Below are positions 14,820 through 29,077 of a stretch of DNA of 64,000 bases, in pieces (position 1 is the first letter of the stretch; the number at the start of each line of letters is the position of its first letter). The DNA comes from Eledone cirrhosa. Lineage: Eukaryota. The DNA lies in the NCBI GenBank assembly GCA_964016885.1, contig OZ024748.1:8928001-8992000 (forward strand), written 5' to 3'. The position numbers and the translations under genes are program-made. Under the pieces are notes generated by a model. It saw only the letters and a program-made list of their open reading frames with translations, did not search any database and had not been told where the DNA came from.

Positions 14820-14955
14820 AGGTCTCCAAGCGAAACCAGCCAAGATTATGGATGTTATCGAACCATCTTGCTCGGAGTCTACCCTTGGGTCACTTGCCAG
14901 TTGGTTTTGCACATAAAATCTCTCCAGCGATTCTTTCCTGAGACATTCTAACCAT
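14820..14955 (-). mobile_element. RTE-clade LINE ORF C-terminal remnant
   Basis: The minus strand translates as MVRMSQERIAGEILCAKPTGK*PKGRLRARWFDNIHNLGWFRLE, matching the RTE C-terminal pattern RMxxERxxxxILxxxPxGxRxxGRPRxRWxDxI. Confidence 0.75.
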
Positions 14956-14967
14956 TATACATATCAT

Positions 14968-15135
14968 TCAAAGGGCTAGTCATGTTACATACTTTGACTC
15001 ACTGAATCTCCCTGAGAAATACGTTACGTTTACATATGTTTCTGGAATGCTCAGTCACTTACTCGCTAATTTCATAAGTAGTCTATTCCGTTGATCCAAA
15101 ACTGGAGCACTCATCTTCTAAACCGACGGAGTTGC
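14968..15135 (+). mobile_element. SINE family B, diverged 3' fragment
   Basis: ctgaatctccctgagaaatacgtta…aaccgacggag is shared with 1219-1350. Confidence 0.75.
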
Positions 15136-16127
15136 AACAATCAACTTTTTTCTACACTATATTTTTCGAAATGTGTTATATAGTAACTAATTTTTCTACA
15201 GGCGTCTCTTATTACAAGATTCAACGTGTTTAATATAAGATCTTATCACCACTAAACTCTCCCTATTTGCTATGTTAAAGCTGAATTTCTAGAGAATTCA
15301 TTAAGCTATTCTTTATATTTTTTTAAGATATTTCCTAACACTTTCAATCTTAAACAATATATTTTTTCATTATATTTCATTATATTTTGTATATCGTCAT
15401 ATATTATTTTTACATTCTGGTATCTACTAATTTTACTTCATCACTATTATTTCCTTTACCATTCTTATATAATTCTTCTATTATAATTATTCTATTTCGT
15501 ATCTATTTTGCCATCTCTGTTCAAATTTCTTTCAGTTCATGTCAGCAGTTCTCGCCACCCCATTACTTATACAACAACAACACAACTACCACTACTACTA
15601 CTACTAATAATAATAATAATAATAGTAACAATAATAATAACAACAATAATACTAACACTACTACTAATAATAATGATAATAATAGTCTACATCTGCATTA
15701 CTCTATTCAAAAAGAACTATTATTTTTTTGTTAATATCCAAACCCCACATCCACACATATTGCTCCTGCTTTTTCCTGTATCTCTCTTTTTGCGACATAT
15801 ATTCGTCGTGTTAAGTCACGACGTCCATTCTCAACATTGGCTGTCTCCAAGAACTGGTTCTCTACTGCTATTCAATTGTAAATTGCTAACCTTTCAATAA
15901 GGCACTGGTCTCTATTGTTGTTATTCCGACATTCATAACAAACCTTTTTCTTATTACTTAAGAGAGTCAACTTATAAGGACGACAGTTACAACGTTAAAA
16001 GTTGTTGCTTGATCAAGTACAAAACGTGACAACGTTTGACAACGTCTATACGTCTTTCGCTTTTTACAATGAAAAAATAATTTGAGAAATATTTAATTAT
16101 TTCTGTTTTTGAGGGTTTTTTTTGTTG

Positions 16128-16131
<4 letters not shown>

Positions 16132-16198
<67 letters not shown>

Positions 16199-16350
16199 CT
16201 TTCTCTATCTCACATACACATTCTCTATCTCTCTCTCTTACACACACACACTCTCTCTCTCTCACATACACACACTCACTCTCTCTCACACATGCACACA
16301 CTCACTCTCTCTCTCTCACAAACACACTCTCTCACACACACACACACACA

Positions 16351-16425
<75 letters not shown>
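16132..16425. repeat. (CT)n/(CA)n compound microsatellite
   Basis: Directly visible. Confidence 0.95.
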
Positions 16426-16428
<3 letters not shown>

Positions 16429-16635
16429 CTCTGTCTTTCTTAATCACTTTTTTTTGTGCAGTTGATGTAACAATATACTTAAATCTCTAATAGAATGCTT
16501 AGAAATTCACATTTCACGATAGACTTTCTTTTATTTCTCTATTCTTTCTTTCTTTATTCATTCAATTTCTTTCTTTTTTTCTCTGTTCTTTATTTCCTTT
16601 TCTTTATTTCTCTGCTCCTCATTGTATTTATCTAC

Positions 16636-16685
<50 letters not shown>

Positions 16686-17197
16686 GTCTCTCTATATATA
16701 TCTGTCTCTCTATATATATATCTATATATATCTATACTTATCTCTGCCTCTCTTTGTATCTCTCTCTCTCTCTCTCTCTTCGTCTCTATACCTATCTCTG
16801 TTTCTCTCTGTCCTTCTCTGTTCTCTGTATATATCTAGGTTCTCTTTAACTCGACCTCTATCACTCAACTTCTTTTCTATATTTAAATTGTTCTCTCTCT
16901 CTCTCTCACCTCTCTCTATATATATATATATATCACACCCTCTGTTGCTCTCTCTCTCACTCTATCTCATCTCTTCTCACTCAATCCATTCTCTCTCCAT
17001 GTCTCTCTCCCTCTTACATACATTCCTTCTCTTATCTAAGACTGAGTCTTACTGTCCTCTTAATTCTCTGTCACAACACTGAATAAAAATTAAGAAACGT
17101 TTCTGACAAAATTTTACTTTTTGCTTAAAGTGGAATTTCCTTTGAATAAGGAAATGGTTTTTGGCAATGAAAGTGTGTGGAAGTTTGTGGAACTCTA

Positions 17198-17383
17198 AAT
17201 AATTGTTTCTACTTTAGGCACAAGGCCAGCAATTACCCAGTGCATTACTGGTACTTTATTTTATCGACCCCGTAAGGATGAAAGGCAAAGTCAACCTCGG
17301 CGGGATTTGAACTCAGATCGTAAAGGGACGTAACTATGCTGGAAAGCATGGCGTCCGACCCTCCACCGATACTGCCAATCCAC
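17198..17383 (-). mobile_element. SINE family A, near full length
   Basis: Nearly identical to 45028-45220 and to the reverse complement of 45816-45999 and 54788-54978. Confidence 0.93.
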
Positions 17384-17897
17384 AATGTAACAGAATACTT
17401 CCTATCAATCGCTTCTAGATGTTACATATGTTGTTGGTGGAATATGTCAGGTTTAAATGGTTATATCATAGACCTGAAGCGGTTCATTGGGTAAAGTATT
17501 TGAGGATAAGACAGATACCTTGCAGTATTTCTTCTGGCTCTTGGCCTTGTGAGCTTAAATCCCACCCAGAACATCTTTGATTCTCATCTATTTGAGATCG
17601 ATAGAATCAAACACCACTCAAATAAAAGAGCGTGTCTTCTGCAATTGTCCTAACAATTAATCAACGATCTTTCGCCATCACTTCTCACGCCACTTCCACA
17701 TTTACACACACACACATGGAAACACACATTCACACAGTTACATACAGTTACACAGACACACACACATTCAGACACATATACTTTGCTGGTGATTTCAAAC
17801 TATTGAAACAGTTCTTGTCTTGTAGAAGTCATTTCTATATGAAATAATTGTACAAATATATTTATGTGCGTCAGCTTGTGTGTGTGAATATATTTAT

Positions 17898-17961
<64 letters not shown>

Positions 17962-18076
17962 GAAATATGATTTGTTTACATGTGTGTTCCACAATGAAAG
18001 AATATAGTTATTTTTATAATTTTATTAAGTATATAGATGTGTTATATTGATGGAAGGGGTATATGGTGCGTGTTCA

Positions 18077-18878
18077 TATGTGTGTATGTGTGTATGTGTG
18101 CATGGATATATGTGTGCATGTGTGTATGTGTGCATGTGTGTATGTGTGCATGGATATATGTGTGCATGTGTGTATGTGTGCATGTGTGTATGTGTGCATG
18201 GATATATGTGTGCATGTGTGTATGTGTGCATGTGTGTATGGATATATGTGTGCATGTGTGTATGTGTGCATGTGTGCATGTGTGCATGGATATATGTGTG
18301 CATGTGTGTATGTGTGCATGTGTGTATGTGTGCATGGATGTATGTGTGCATGTGTGCATGTGTGCATGTGTGTATGTGTGCATGGATATATGTGTGCATG
18401 TGTGTATGTGTGCATGTGTGTATGTGTGCATGGATGTATGTGTGCATGTGTGTATGTGTGCATGTGTGTATGTGTGCATGGATATATGTGTGCATGTGTG
18501 TATGTGTGCATGTGTGTATGTGTGCATGTGTGTATGTGTGCATGGATATATGTGTGCATGTGTGTATGTGTGCATGTGTGTATGGATATATGTGTGCATG
18601 TGTGTATGTGTGCATGTGTGTATGTGTGCATGGATGTATGTGTGTATGTGTGTATGTGTGTATGTGTGCATGGATATATGTGTGCATGTGTGTATGTGTG
18701 CATGTGTGTATGTGTGCATGGATATATGTGTGCATGTGTGTATGTGTGTATGTGTGCATGGATATATGTGTGCATGTGTGTATGTGTGCATGTGTGTATG
18801 TGTGCATGGATATATGTGTGCATGTGTGTATGTGTGCATGTGTGTATGTGTGCATGGATGTATGTGTGTATGTGTGCA
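18077..18878. repeat. 8-bp-unit satellite with 48-bp higher-order period
   Basis: Units tgtgcatg / tgtgtatg / gatatatg; the gatatatg marker typically recurs every 48 bp. Confidence 0.92.
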
Positions 18879-19875
18879 TATCTGTCACGCATGTTGGTGT
18901 ACCTCTGCACTGCCATCAACTGCATCTTTCCAAATGTTAGTGCAAAGAAAGCCGTAGGAGGTTATGTGACAGACGAATTAAATCTGAAAACTCTATTAGA
19001 CATCAATACATGCCAAACAATACTATTTTCTCTACACAGAACAGAAATATTATCAGCATAAAAGATTTACATAATAACACATTGCATCATGCTAATTGTC
19101 ATTAGGGACCATATATTTTCTTTACCTCTTTACTCACAATTCTCACACTAAAGTTTGTCATCTTACCCATAACAGGACCACTTACTAAACAATCTTATAA
19201 TTACTATTCATTCTATAGTAATGAATGTGTTTATTCAGAAATATTTCTATTTAAAGATTAAACTAGACATTTCTTTCTGTAATTCCTATCATTGTTACAG
19301 AGTTGATCTAGTAGCTGTTTCTTGATTAATAGAAGCTGCAGTCTTCATTTTCAGGTTCGAATCCATTCTGTTAAACTTTAAAGAGCTGCTCAATAGGAGA
19401 AGTTCCCCTTTACACACTCCTAGCTTTCTACATTATATCCTGTTTTTCTTCAGGGTATTAGAAATAAAGGGTGCTATATCAATTTAGTATTTTCCTTCCA
19501 TTGACTCCTGGAATTAACACTTACGGGATCACCAGAGCACAAATACTATATCATATTCTGGACACTAAGATCAAAAACCAACAGGTCGATATATCACCAA
19601 AGTATATACATTAAAAGGCTGTCTGACGTACTCGAGTCTGCCCTGACTATATCTAGTCTACAACTATGTACCGACAAGCAGAAACCATTGAAATACGTAT
19701 TACAGATTTTGCATAATAAATGTCTGCCCCATTATATATGTGAGTGTGTGTATATATGCTTATATATATATATATATATATAATTGAACATCCTGTGGGA
19801 CGAAAAGCAAAACCTGTCAAAGGGCGGGGGAATTCATGGGAGTCAACGCCCATCCATTAGTATATACATAGGTAG

Positions 19876-19911
<36 letters not shown>

Positions 19912-20102
19912 ATGTGCGTGCGTGTGTATGTATGTATGTGTGTGTGTGTGTGTGTGTCTGTGTGTGTGTGTAAAATTGTAAAGAAATATATTATACTTTT
20001 ATCCTTTTAGCTTTTTAACTTTTCTAAAGTTTACTTTATTTCATTTCATTTCTGAGCATCATGTGCAGTGACCACGTGATGGTTTGTATTGAGCAAACAA
20101 CC

Positions 20103-20291
20103 AGAATTGGATTCGCAATCGTGAGTTCGATTCCTGGACCCGGTGATGCGTTATCTCCTTGAGCAAGACATTCTATTTCACGTTGCTCCTTCTACCTGGA
20201 GTTGCAACGGATAGATAGTATTAGCAATTAGAAAGACCAATGGAAACATCGTTTCCTCGGTCCGATTTGAAGAAAGTCGATCGACTGTCGA
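20103..20291 (+). mobile_element. tRNA-derived SINE family B2 (5'-truncated)
   Basis: Aligns with 58688-58896, including B-box gttcgattcc and tail gtttcctcggtccgatttga…gtcgatcgactgtcga followed by (ta)n. Confidence 0.85.
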
Positions 20292-20329
20292 TATATAACA
20301 TAACGAGTGCCGCTTTATATTGGCATTTA

Positions 20330-20505
20330 GACCTGCTAGAAATAGATAGTAAATCACACATAGGTTACAGCCTAGCATTACGTTGAAGTGAAGGAGACAT
20401 CTGATTATATAGTCGTACATAGTGTCCTGTATACCACAAAGGTGGGTGGTCACGGCTGGAATGGTTTACTTTATAGTACCTCGTAATCAAGGTTGGCCTT
20501 GGGCT
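20330..20505 (+). mobile_element. Old dispersed repeat family C
   Basis: gacctgctagaaatag…ggtggtcacggctggaatg…ccttgggcta. Related segments at 39400-39585(-), 47561-47730(-), 43125-43258(+) and 12170-12320(-). Confidence 0.6.
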
Positions 20506-20629
20506 ATATATACACACACTTATGTATGTTCATACGTATATATTATGCTACACACACCTATATAAACCCCCACCACAAACGCTTTGTATATATACAAACA
20601 ATAGACATACAATATTTACTAAACCAGTC

Positions 20630-21934
20630 ACTCACACACACACACACAACAAAACACAACACAACACACACACACACACACAACAAAACACAACACAACA
20701 CACACACACACACAACAAAACACAACACAACACACACACAACACAACACACACAACACACACGCAACGCACACATAACACAACACACACCACACACACAA
20801 CACAACACAACACAACACACACAACACAACACACACATAACACACACACAACACAACAAACACACACAACACACAACACAACACAACACAACACAACACG
20901 ACACACACCACACACACACACACAACACAACACAACACAACACACACACAACACAACATACAACACACAACAGACACACAACACACACACAACACAACAC
21001 ACACACAAAACACCACACACACACAACACAACACACACAACACACACACAACACACACACAACACAACACACACAAAACACCACACACACACAACACAAC
21101 ACACACAACACACACACAACACACACACAACACACACACAACACACACACACACACAACACACACACACACAACACAACACACACAACACACACATACAC
21201 AACACACACACAAAACACCACACACAACACAACACACACAATACACACACAACACACACACAACACACACACACAACACAACACACACAACACACACACA
21301 CACAAAACACCACACATACACAACACACACACAACACAACATACAACACACAACAGACACACAACACACACACAACACAACACACACACAAAACACCACA
21401 CACACACAACACAACACACACACAACACACACACACACAACACAACACACACAAAACACCACACACACACACAACACAACACACACAACACACACACACA
21501 CAACACAACACAACACACACAACACAACACACACACAAAACACCACACACACACAACACACACAACACACACACAACACACACACAACACACACACACAA
21601 CAAAACACACACAACACACACACAAAACACTACACACACAACACACACACACAACACAACACACACAACACACACACACACAACACACACACACACACAA
21701 CACACACAACACACACAACACACACACACAATGTACTTAAACATAGACGATTGACGCACATATATAGCGCACGACACCCACACACAAGTACGTACCTACA
21801 TACATATATACCTACACACACACAATACACAGTATATTGTACTACACACTCTCACACGCAACACAACATACAGTATAATATATAGCATATTACACACACA
21901 CGTACTCGCACACACACACACACACACGTGCATG

Positions 21935-22003
<69 letters not shown>

Positions 22004-23285
22004 ACGTGTGTGTACGTGTGTGTGTACAATCATGTTAATCCATGTATAACTTACTGCGTGTATATGTATCAGTAAGAATGTATGTGTGTGTCTGTGGGTG
22101 TGTGATTGTCTGTGCACGTGTGTGTATGTCTGTGTACGTGTGTGTGTGTCTGTGTACGTGTGTGTGTGTCTATGTACGTGTGTGTGTCTGTGTTCTGTGT
22201 GTGTGTGTGTGTGTATGTGGATCTGTGTGTGCACCTCTGTTGTATGTGTGTGGGTCTGTTCTATGTGTGTGCGTTTGGGGGGGGGGGTCTGTGTTATGTC
22301 TGTGTACGTGTGTGCGTCTGCGTTGTATGCGTCTATGTATGTATGTGTGTTCTATGTATGTGTGTATGTGTGTACGTGTGTGGTTCTGTGTGTGTGTATG
22401 TGTGTGTGTGTGTATGTATGTTCTGTGTATGTGTATGTGTGTATATGTGTGTGTGTGTTTTGTGTATGTATGTGTGTATGTATGTGTGTGTGTGTGTTCT
22501 GCGTATGTATGTATGTGTGTATGTATGTGTATGTGTGTGTGTGTGTGCTCTGTGTATATATGTATGTGTATGTGTGTGTGTATGTGTTCTGTGTATGTAT
22601 GTATGTATGTGTGTGTGTATGTGTTCTGTGTATGTATGTATGTGTGTATGTATGTGTGTGTGTGTTCTGTGTATGTATGCATGTGTGTATGTATGTATGT
22701 GTGTATGTATGTGTGTGCGTATATGTATGTATGTGTGTATGTGTATGTGTGTGTGTATGTATGTGTGTATGTATGTATGTGTGTGTGTGTATATGTATGT
22801 GTGTGTGTATGTGTATGTGTGTGTGTGTGAGAGGTAAGGAGGTGTAAGTGTTGTGAGAGAATGTAAGAAGACAGGACCACACCCTCTGACGTGGTCGGGC
22901 AGAGAGTACAACTGACTCCAGTTAGTGCACACACACACTAGCACACACACTAACATATACACACACACACACTAGCACACATACTAACATATACACACAC
23001 ACACACTAGCACACACACACACACACACTAGAACACACACTAACACACACTAACATATACACACACTAACATATACACACACACACAAGCACACACACTA
23101 ACATATACACACACACACTAGCACACACGCACACACACTAGCACACACACTAGCACACGCACTAACATATACACACACACACACTAGCACACACACACTA
23201 ACACATACACACACACAAGCACACACACACTAACATATATACACACACAAGCACACACACACTAACACACGCATTAGCACACACA
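20630..23285. repeat. Large CA/CAA-rich, then TG-rich, then CA-rich low-complexity block
   Basis: CA-rich 20630-21930, TG-rich 21937-22830, CA-rich with ctag/ctaa interruptions 22927-23285. Confidence 0.92.
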
Positions 23286-23569
23286 TATATATATAGAGAG
23301 AGAGGTTAGAGAGAGAGAGAAAGATAGGACTATTCACCACAGATAGATAGATAGATAGATAGGTAGGTGGGTAGGTGGGTAGGTGGGTAGGTAAGTCGGC
23401 AGACAGACGGACAGACAGATAGATCAATAGATAGATAATTAGATAGATCGAAAATTAGATAGGCTTTGTTGTATTTATCCGTCTCAGGTGTTGTTATTGT
23501 TGTTGTTGTGGTCAGCGTTTAATGTAAGAGAGAGGGGGAGAGAAAAAGAAGCAGTTACAGGCATGTTCA

Positions 23570-23684
<115 letters not shown>

Positions 23685-24046
23685 CCGAAAGAAAAATAAC
23701 TATGATGCGTGTGTGAAAGAGAGAAACGCAACGATAAAAATATTTTCCTCTCTATTTTTTATATCATCTCTTTCTCTCTGTCTCTCTCACCTCTCTCTCT
23801 CTCTCTCCTCTCAATCTCTCTCTCTCTCTCTCCACTCAATCTCTCATCTCTCTCTCTCAAACTCTCTCTCCATGTCTTATCACCTGTCACGTCACCAATC
23901 AAAGACATTAACTCTATATTCTTCTTCTCCCAAACACCTTTAAGTAATATTTATATAATCTCACTCAAACGTAAGAAATCGTCAGTTTTGTTGTATACTT
24001 ATCCAATGGCAATTAACTCTTCACTATATACTCTTTAGGAGGAAAG

Positions 24047-24154
<108 letters not shown>

Positions 24155-24362
24155 ATAGAGAGAAAAGGTGGGTGGAGAATCGACACCAATGTCGGATTGG
24201 TACTTTATTTATCGACCTGATACGCGATGGGGCCCACCCACAGCCCCGGCTGACAGAATGGAGATCTGTATTTCTGTATTTCCAGGGTTTGGCTGAAGAC
24301 GGGGTTTAGATGGTTCTATTGGTTTATGTCGTTCTTGGTCATTTGTCCATGTTCAATTTTGG

Positions 24363-24587
<225 letters not shown>

Positions 24588-24631
24588 AATAACAGGAGGC
24601 TGGACTGGTGTAAATCCTTGAAAGGTTTATT

Positions 24632-24689
24632 ACACTATGATCATTTCAATGACCGGGTTCAGTATGAATCCGGTGACATCATCAGGTAT
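24632..24689 (-). ncRNA. Type I hammerhead ribozyme motif (family H2)
   Basis: Minus strand reads atac CTGATGA tgtc-accggattca-tac-tgaacccggt-catt GAAA TGATCA TA gtgt, then aataaa. Stem I is 4 bp, stem III is palindromic, and the base of stem II is imperfect. Confidence 0.72.
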
Positions 24690-24969
24690 TCAAAATATAA
24701 CAAAGGAATATAATAGACAAAATCCATGGGGCTGAAAATCAGAGACATGAAGGCGCCCTAAATAATATACTCACTATTTAGCCTTAATACAAAGAATATA
24801 GGTTTACTCAACAGAGTACTAGATACTTGGGGTTGTGTGTGGCTATATTATAAGGAGTCGGGACCCAACCTCTGAGCTCATGTTTCAACAGTTCCAGACT
24901 CATCATATATATAAATATATAAAGATATGTTTTAACGGCTTGTAACTCTTTCATTATTTATTCTGCCTA

Positions 24970-25070
24970 CCGAGGTTGACTTTGCCTTTCATCCTTACGG
25001 GGCCGATAAAATAAAGTACCAATAATGTACTGGGTAATTGCTGGCCTTGTGCCTAAAGTAGAAACAATTA
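24970..25070 (+). mobile_element. SINE family A, 5'-truncated, with 17-bp TSD
   Basis: Direct repeat attatttattctgccta at 24953-24969 and 25067-25083. Confidence 0.92.
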
Positions 25071-25079
25071 TTTATTCTG

Positions 25080-25115
<36 letters not shown>

Positions 25116-25302
25116 TCTGGATAACCAAAGATGTGGGTTCGACTCCCATGTACGTCAATATTCATCTTTTTCCATTTCTTCGAGGGTTCTTAACCCCACT
25201 ATCAGGCTAAATAATTTCTTTAATTTCTTTAGTCAAAATACGGCGATAGCTTACATTTATAATAATTTCAAACCCGCTCGCTGTTTCGAAAATATTCTTA
25301 CT

Positions 25303-25385
<83 letters not shown>

Positions 25386-25392
25386 ATATATA

Positions 25393-25558
25393 TATAAGAA
25401 CAAAAGATGGTTAAAAGAGTTCCATGTATTTTATTATGCGCATTTCAAAAACAAATATCATCATGCAATAATATTTGTGTTTTCATCAGATAAAACAGGA
25501 GGACATGATATGAAGGTTAAAAAACACTTGTGGATAGTTCAGTTTTAAATCAACATAT
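25393..25558 (-). mobile_element. 166-bp hammerhead-bearing element, copy 2
   Basis: Co-linear with copies 1 and 3; its 3' end abuts (TA)n 25305-25395. Confidence 0.88.
25427..25497 (-). ncRNA. Type I hammerhead ribozyme motif (family H1)
   Basis: Minus strand: tgttttat CTGATGA aaacacaaatattatt-gcat-gatgatatttgttttt GAAA TGCGCA TA ataaaata. Confidence 0.82.
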
Positions 25559-25661
25559 CTTTTGTTCTTATATATTATGTATACTCCAGTCCTACAAACT
25601 GTAGAGTGCTTCTTATCCGATATCTGCATTGCTTTATTGTACTACAATAAAACTCACCTCC

Positions 25662-25720
<59 letters not shown>

Positions 25721-26021
25721 ATGAGTTTGAGTACCGGAAGTTTAATATCTTCTAAATGCTATGATTTTGAAATTATTTTCTTGTTAGAGTATATATATAT
25801 ATACTGGGCATTGACTGTCTAACGAAAGGACATATTTTAGTGTGCGAAATATGTTATGAAGTTTATGAGATTCTCGTGTGTATCACCTTCATGATGTAAT
25901 TGGTGAAATTGTCGCAATAGAATTATAGTAGGGTTCCTGAAATTAATGGCTGGTGGATGAGACGGAGCAGTTCAAGGTACCAAAGGAAGGACTAAGTAGA
26001 CACTATCCTAAAAACTAAAAG

Positions 26022-26460
26022 GTTGGATGACTAAATGTAGTCTGATGTGAGAGACATGAGGGTGAACTTAGTTGGATGACTAAATGTAGTCTGATGTGAG
26101 ACACATGAGGGTAAACTTAGTTGGATGGCCAAAGGTAGTCTGATGTGAGACACATGAGGGTAAACTTAGTTGGATGGCCAAAGGTGATCTGATGTGAGAC
26201 ACATGAGGGTAAACTTAGTTGGATGGCCAAAGGTGGTCTGATGTGAGACACATGAGGGTGAACTTAGTTGGATGGCCAAAGGTAGTCTGATGTGAGAGAC
26301 ATGAGGGTAAACTTAGTTGGATGGCCAAAGGTAGTCTGATGTGAGACACATGAGGGTGAACTTAGTGGGATGGCCAAAGGTGGTCTGATGTGAGAGACAT
26401 GAGGGTGAACTTAGTGGGGTGGCCAAAGGTAGTCTGATGTGAGACACATGAGGGTGAGAT
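26022..26460. repeat. 49-bp minisatellite, about 9 copies
   Basis: Unit gttggatggccaaaggtagtctgatgtgagacacatgagggtaaactta, starting at 26022, 26071, 26120 and so on. Confidence 0.95.
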
Positions 26461-26751
26461 TAGAGAATTATATGATTACCTATGGTATAAATGTGGGGAC
26501 AGCTGAGCAGTCACTCTGTGGCTAGAAATAGTAACCTAATATCCCTCTAATCACTCACTATTGTCATAAATAAATAATGCGCAGTATAGTCTAATGGATC
26601 AGTCACGGTTGGAACGTCTTTTATGATAAGTATGCTCAGTCTAGTCTGATCTTGTACTAAACAATAACAATATACATCTAAATTACACTCTTCAGAATTC
26701 CCAGGATAAAGTATAGTTTTACAGCTTCTGAGAGGCTCTTCAATAGCTACG

Positions 26752-27144
26752 TATGTATGTAAGGATGTATAGATGTATGTATAGATGTATGTATGCATGT
26801 ATGTATAGATGTATGTATAGATGTATGTATAGATGTATGTATAGATGTATGTATAGATGTATGTATAGATGTATAGATGTACGTATAGATGTATGTATAG
26901 ATGTATGTATAGATGTATATATAGATGTATGTATAGATGTATGTATAGATGTATAGATGTATGTATGCATGTATGTATAGATGTATATATGCATGTATGT
27001 ATAGATGTATGTATGCATGTATGTATAGATGTATGTATAGATGTATGTATAGATGTATGTATGCATGTATGTATGCATGTATGTATGCATGTATGTATGC
27101 ATGTATGTATGCATGTATGTATGCATGTATGTATGCATGTATGT
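26752..27144. repeat. 12-bp minisatellite (gtatgtatagat / gtatgtatgcat)
   Basis: Directly visible; the two variants are largely segregated along the array. Confidence 0.92.
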
Positions 27145-27319
27145 ATATATATAACACCTGAGGAAGTTCTAAGGATGCAATATTGTCATACTGTGTTTCT
27201 TTGAGGTTCTTAAAACTTGACAGAAACCATATCGTCTGCTGGTCTGAACACAGCAGATGTCTTCCAGAGAGAGATAGAGAGAGTGAGAAAGAGGAGGTGT
27301 GAAAGAGATATAGAGGCAA

Positions 27320-27480
27320 GATCAACCTCCAGTACTGGCCTGGTACTTTCTTTATCGACCTCGAAAGGATGAAAGACAGTTGACCTCGGAGGGATTAGAA
27401 TTCCAAGAGCAGCAAGCCGGAACGAATACGGCAGAGTATTCTCACCGAATGTCTCAGTAGTACTCTGCCAATCCACCCCC
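27320..27480 (-). mobile_element. SINE family A, older diverged copy
   Basis: ggtactttctttatcgacctcgaaaggatgaaag…ctgccaatccacc. Confidence 0.7.
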
Positions 27481-27984
27481 TTCAATAGCGATAGATAGAA
27501 ATGAAGGAAACAAAAGAAGAAAACTACTAAAACAAGGGAGCTAACTGAAGATACTGCTTATAAAACCTGTGTAGATATAAAGATAGAGGCCCCAAATATT
27601 GTCAGTATGTAATTAGATCTTAACTCTTAACATTCTCGAATGATTTAACAGATAATCTCCAGACGGTAGTTTGTAAGAAGAATTACTATAAACATTTGGA
27701 TTTACAAATATTTATATTATCGTTGCAGAATTATAATTTTAACGTGATGCAGTCATTGTACAGTTAGTACTTTTAAAGAATATCTTCCTATTGTAGGTTT
27801 ATATGATACAAGATGTTAACAGTTAAATATATTATAGATTATTAACTAGAGGTGATACAAGTTAAACAACTTCAAGTAGAGATAAAGATTTACATGTTAC
27901 CTTAAAATATTGATTAAATTCTTTTTTTGTCTTTGTCAATGAAGTTTTTAGTTGCATTGTTTTTTTGTTTCATTATTGATTTAA

Positions 27985-28091
<107 letters not shown>

Positions 28092-29077
28092 CCTTTAGAT
28101 AAGTTGACAACATGACAGTATGCTATGATGTTGACCAGTAAGAATCGCCTGAAAGGAAGGAAAAAGAAAAAGAAAAAAGACAGAGCGATTACGGCTCTGA
28201 AATTCGCTGTATGTGGCTATAAATATAAGCTAGCCAGGCTTTACCTACTAGAGTGACTTGGCAAATGCCAAAGGTAGTTGTACAGCATAAGAAGCTAGTA
28301 GCCATAAATATACACGCTGTTGTGTCCGAGAACTGATCGATATTATATTTACCGGGGTTGGTTGCTTTATCTATGTCACAGCTAGCAGGAGAGCCTGCTA
28401 TGATATCATCGTCTGGACGCTACAGCATCTATACACAATGGCATTTATACATCACTAACCCAATTTAGCAAGCCCAATCTATGTATGCATGTATGCACGT
28501 TGGTTAGTAAGTATGTAAGTATACATACATCTATCTGTGCATGTTGGTAAGTGTATGTATGTAGGGATGTGTAGATATAGGTATATATGTATGTATGCAT
28601 GCTGTACCTAACAAACTAATGTAGATACGGGTAGCGCAATATACATATATGAAAATATATTTACCCTTATGCAAATTAACTGAAAACAAAACACACATTC
28701 TCATATATATATATACATATATATATGAGTTGTGTATATGTGTTGTAGGCAGAATGTTTATGAAAAAGAATTGACTGCCATTCACTATGATTTCTTTTTA
28801 TGGCTGTGACCGACGTCACACTTCCTGAGTCTCAGCAAAAAGCAGGGAAAATCAACCAATAACTTTATTTCTTACGTGTTAGTGGTCGTCAAGGCTGCAT
28901 ATCAACCTAGTTTCCGCTGAGACAATATTAAGCTAGAATCTTATAGATGTTTCGCATATGTATATGAGCTGATGAAGCTCATTTGCATACGAAGCTGTAG
29001 CCAGTCAGACTGAAATTAAAAGAATTTGGTATAGATGCTCCAACATACCGTTATTATTTTATTTTTATAATATCTCG

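Noticed and set aside
25113-25150. tRNA-like fragment ggtctggataaccaaagatgtgggttcgactccca
   Set aside because: Only a T-arm/B-box half is present. The nearby minus-strand ctgatag…gaag hammerhead-like word lacks core residues.
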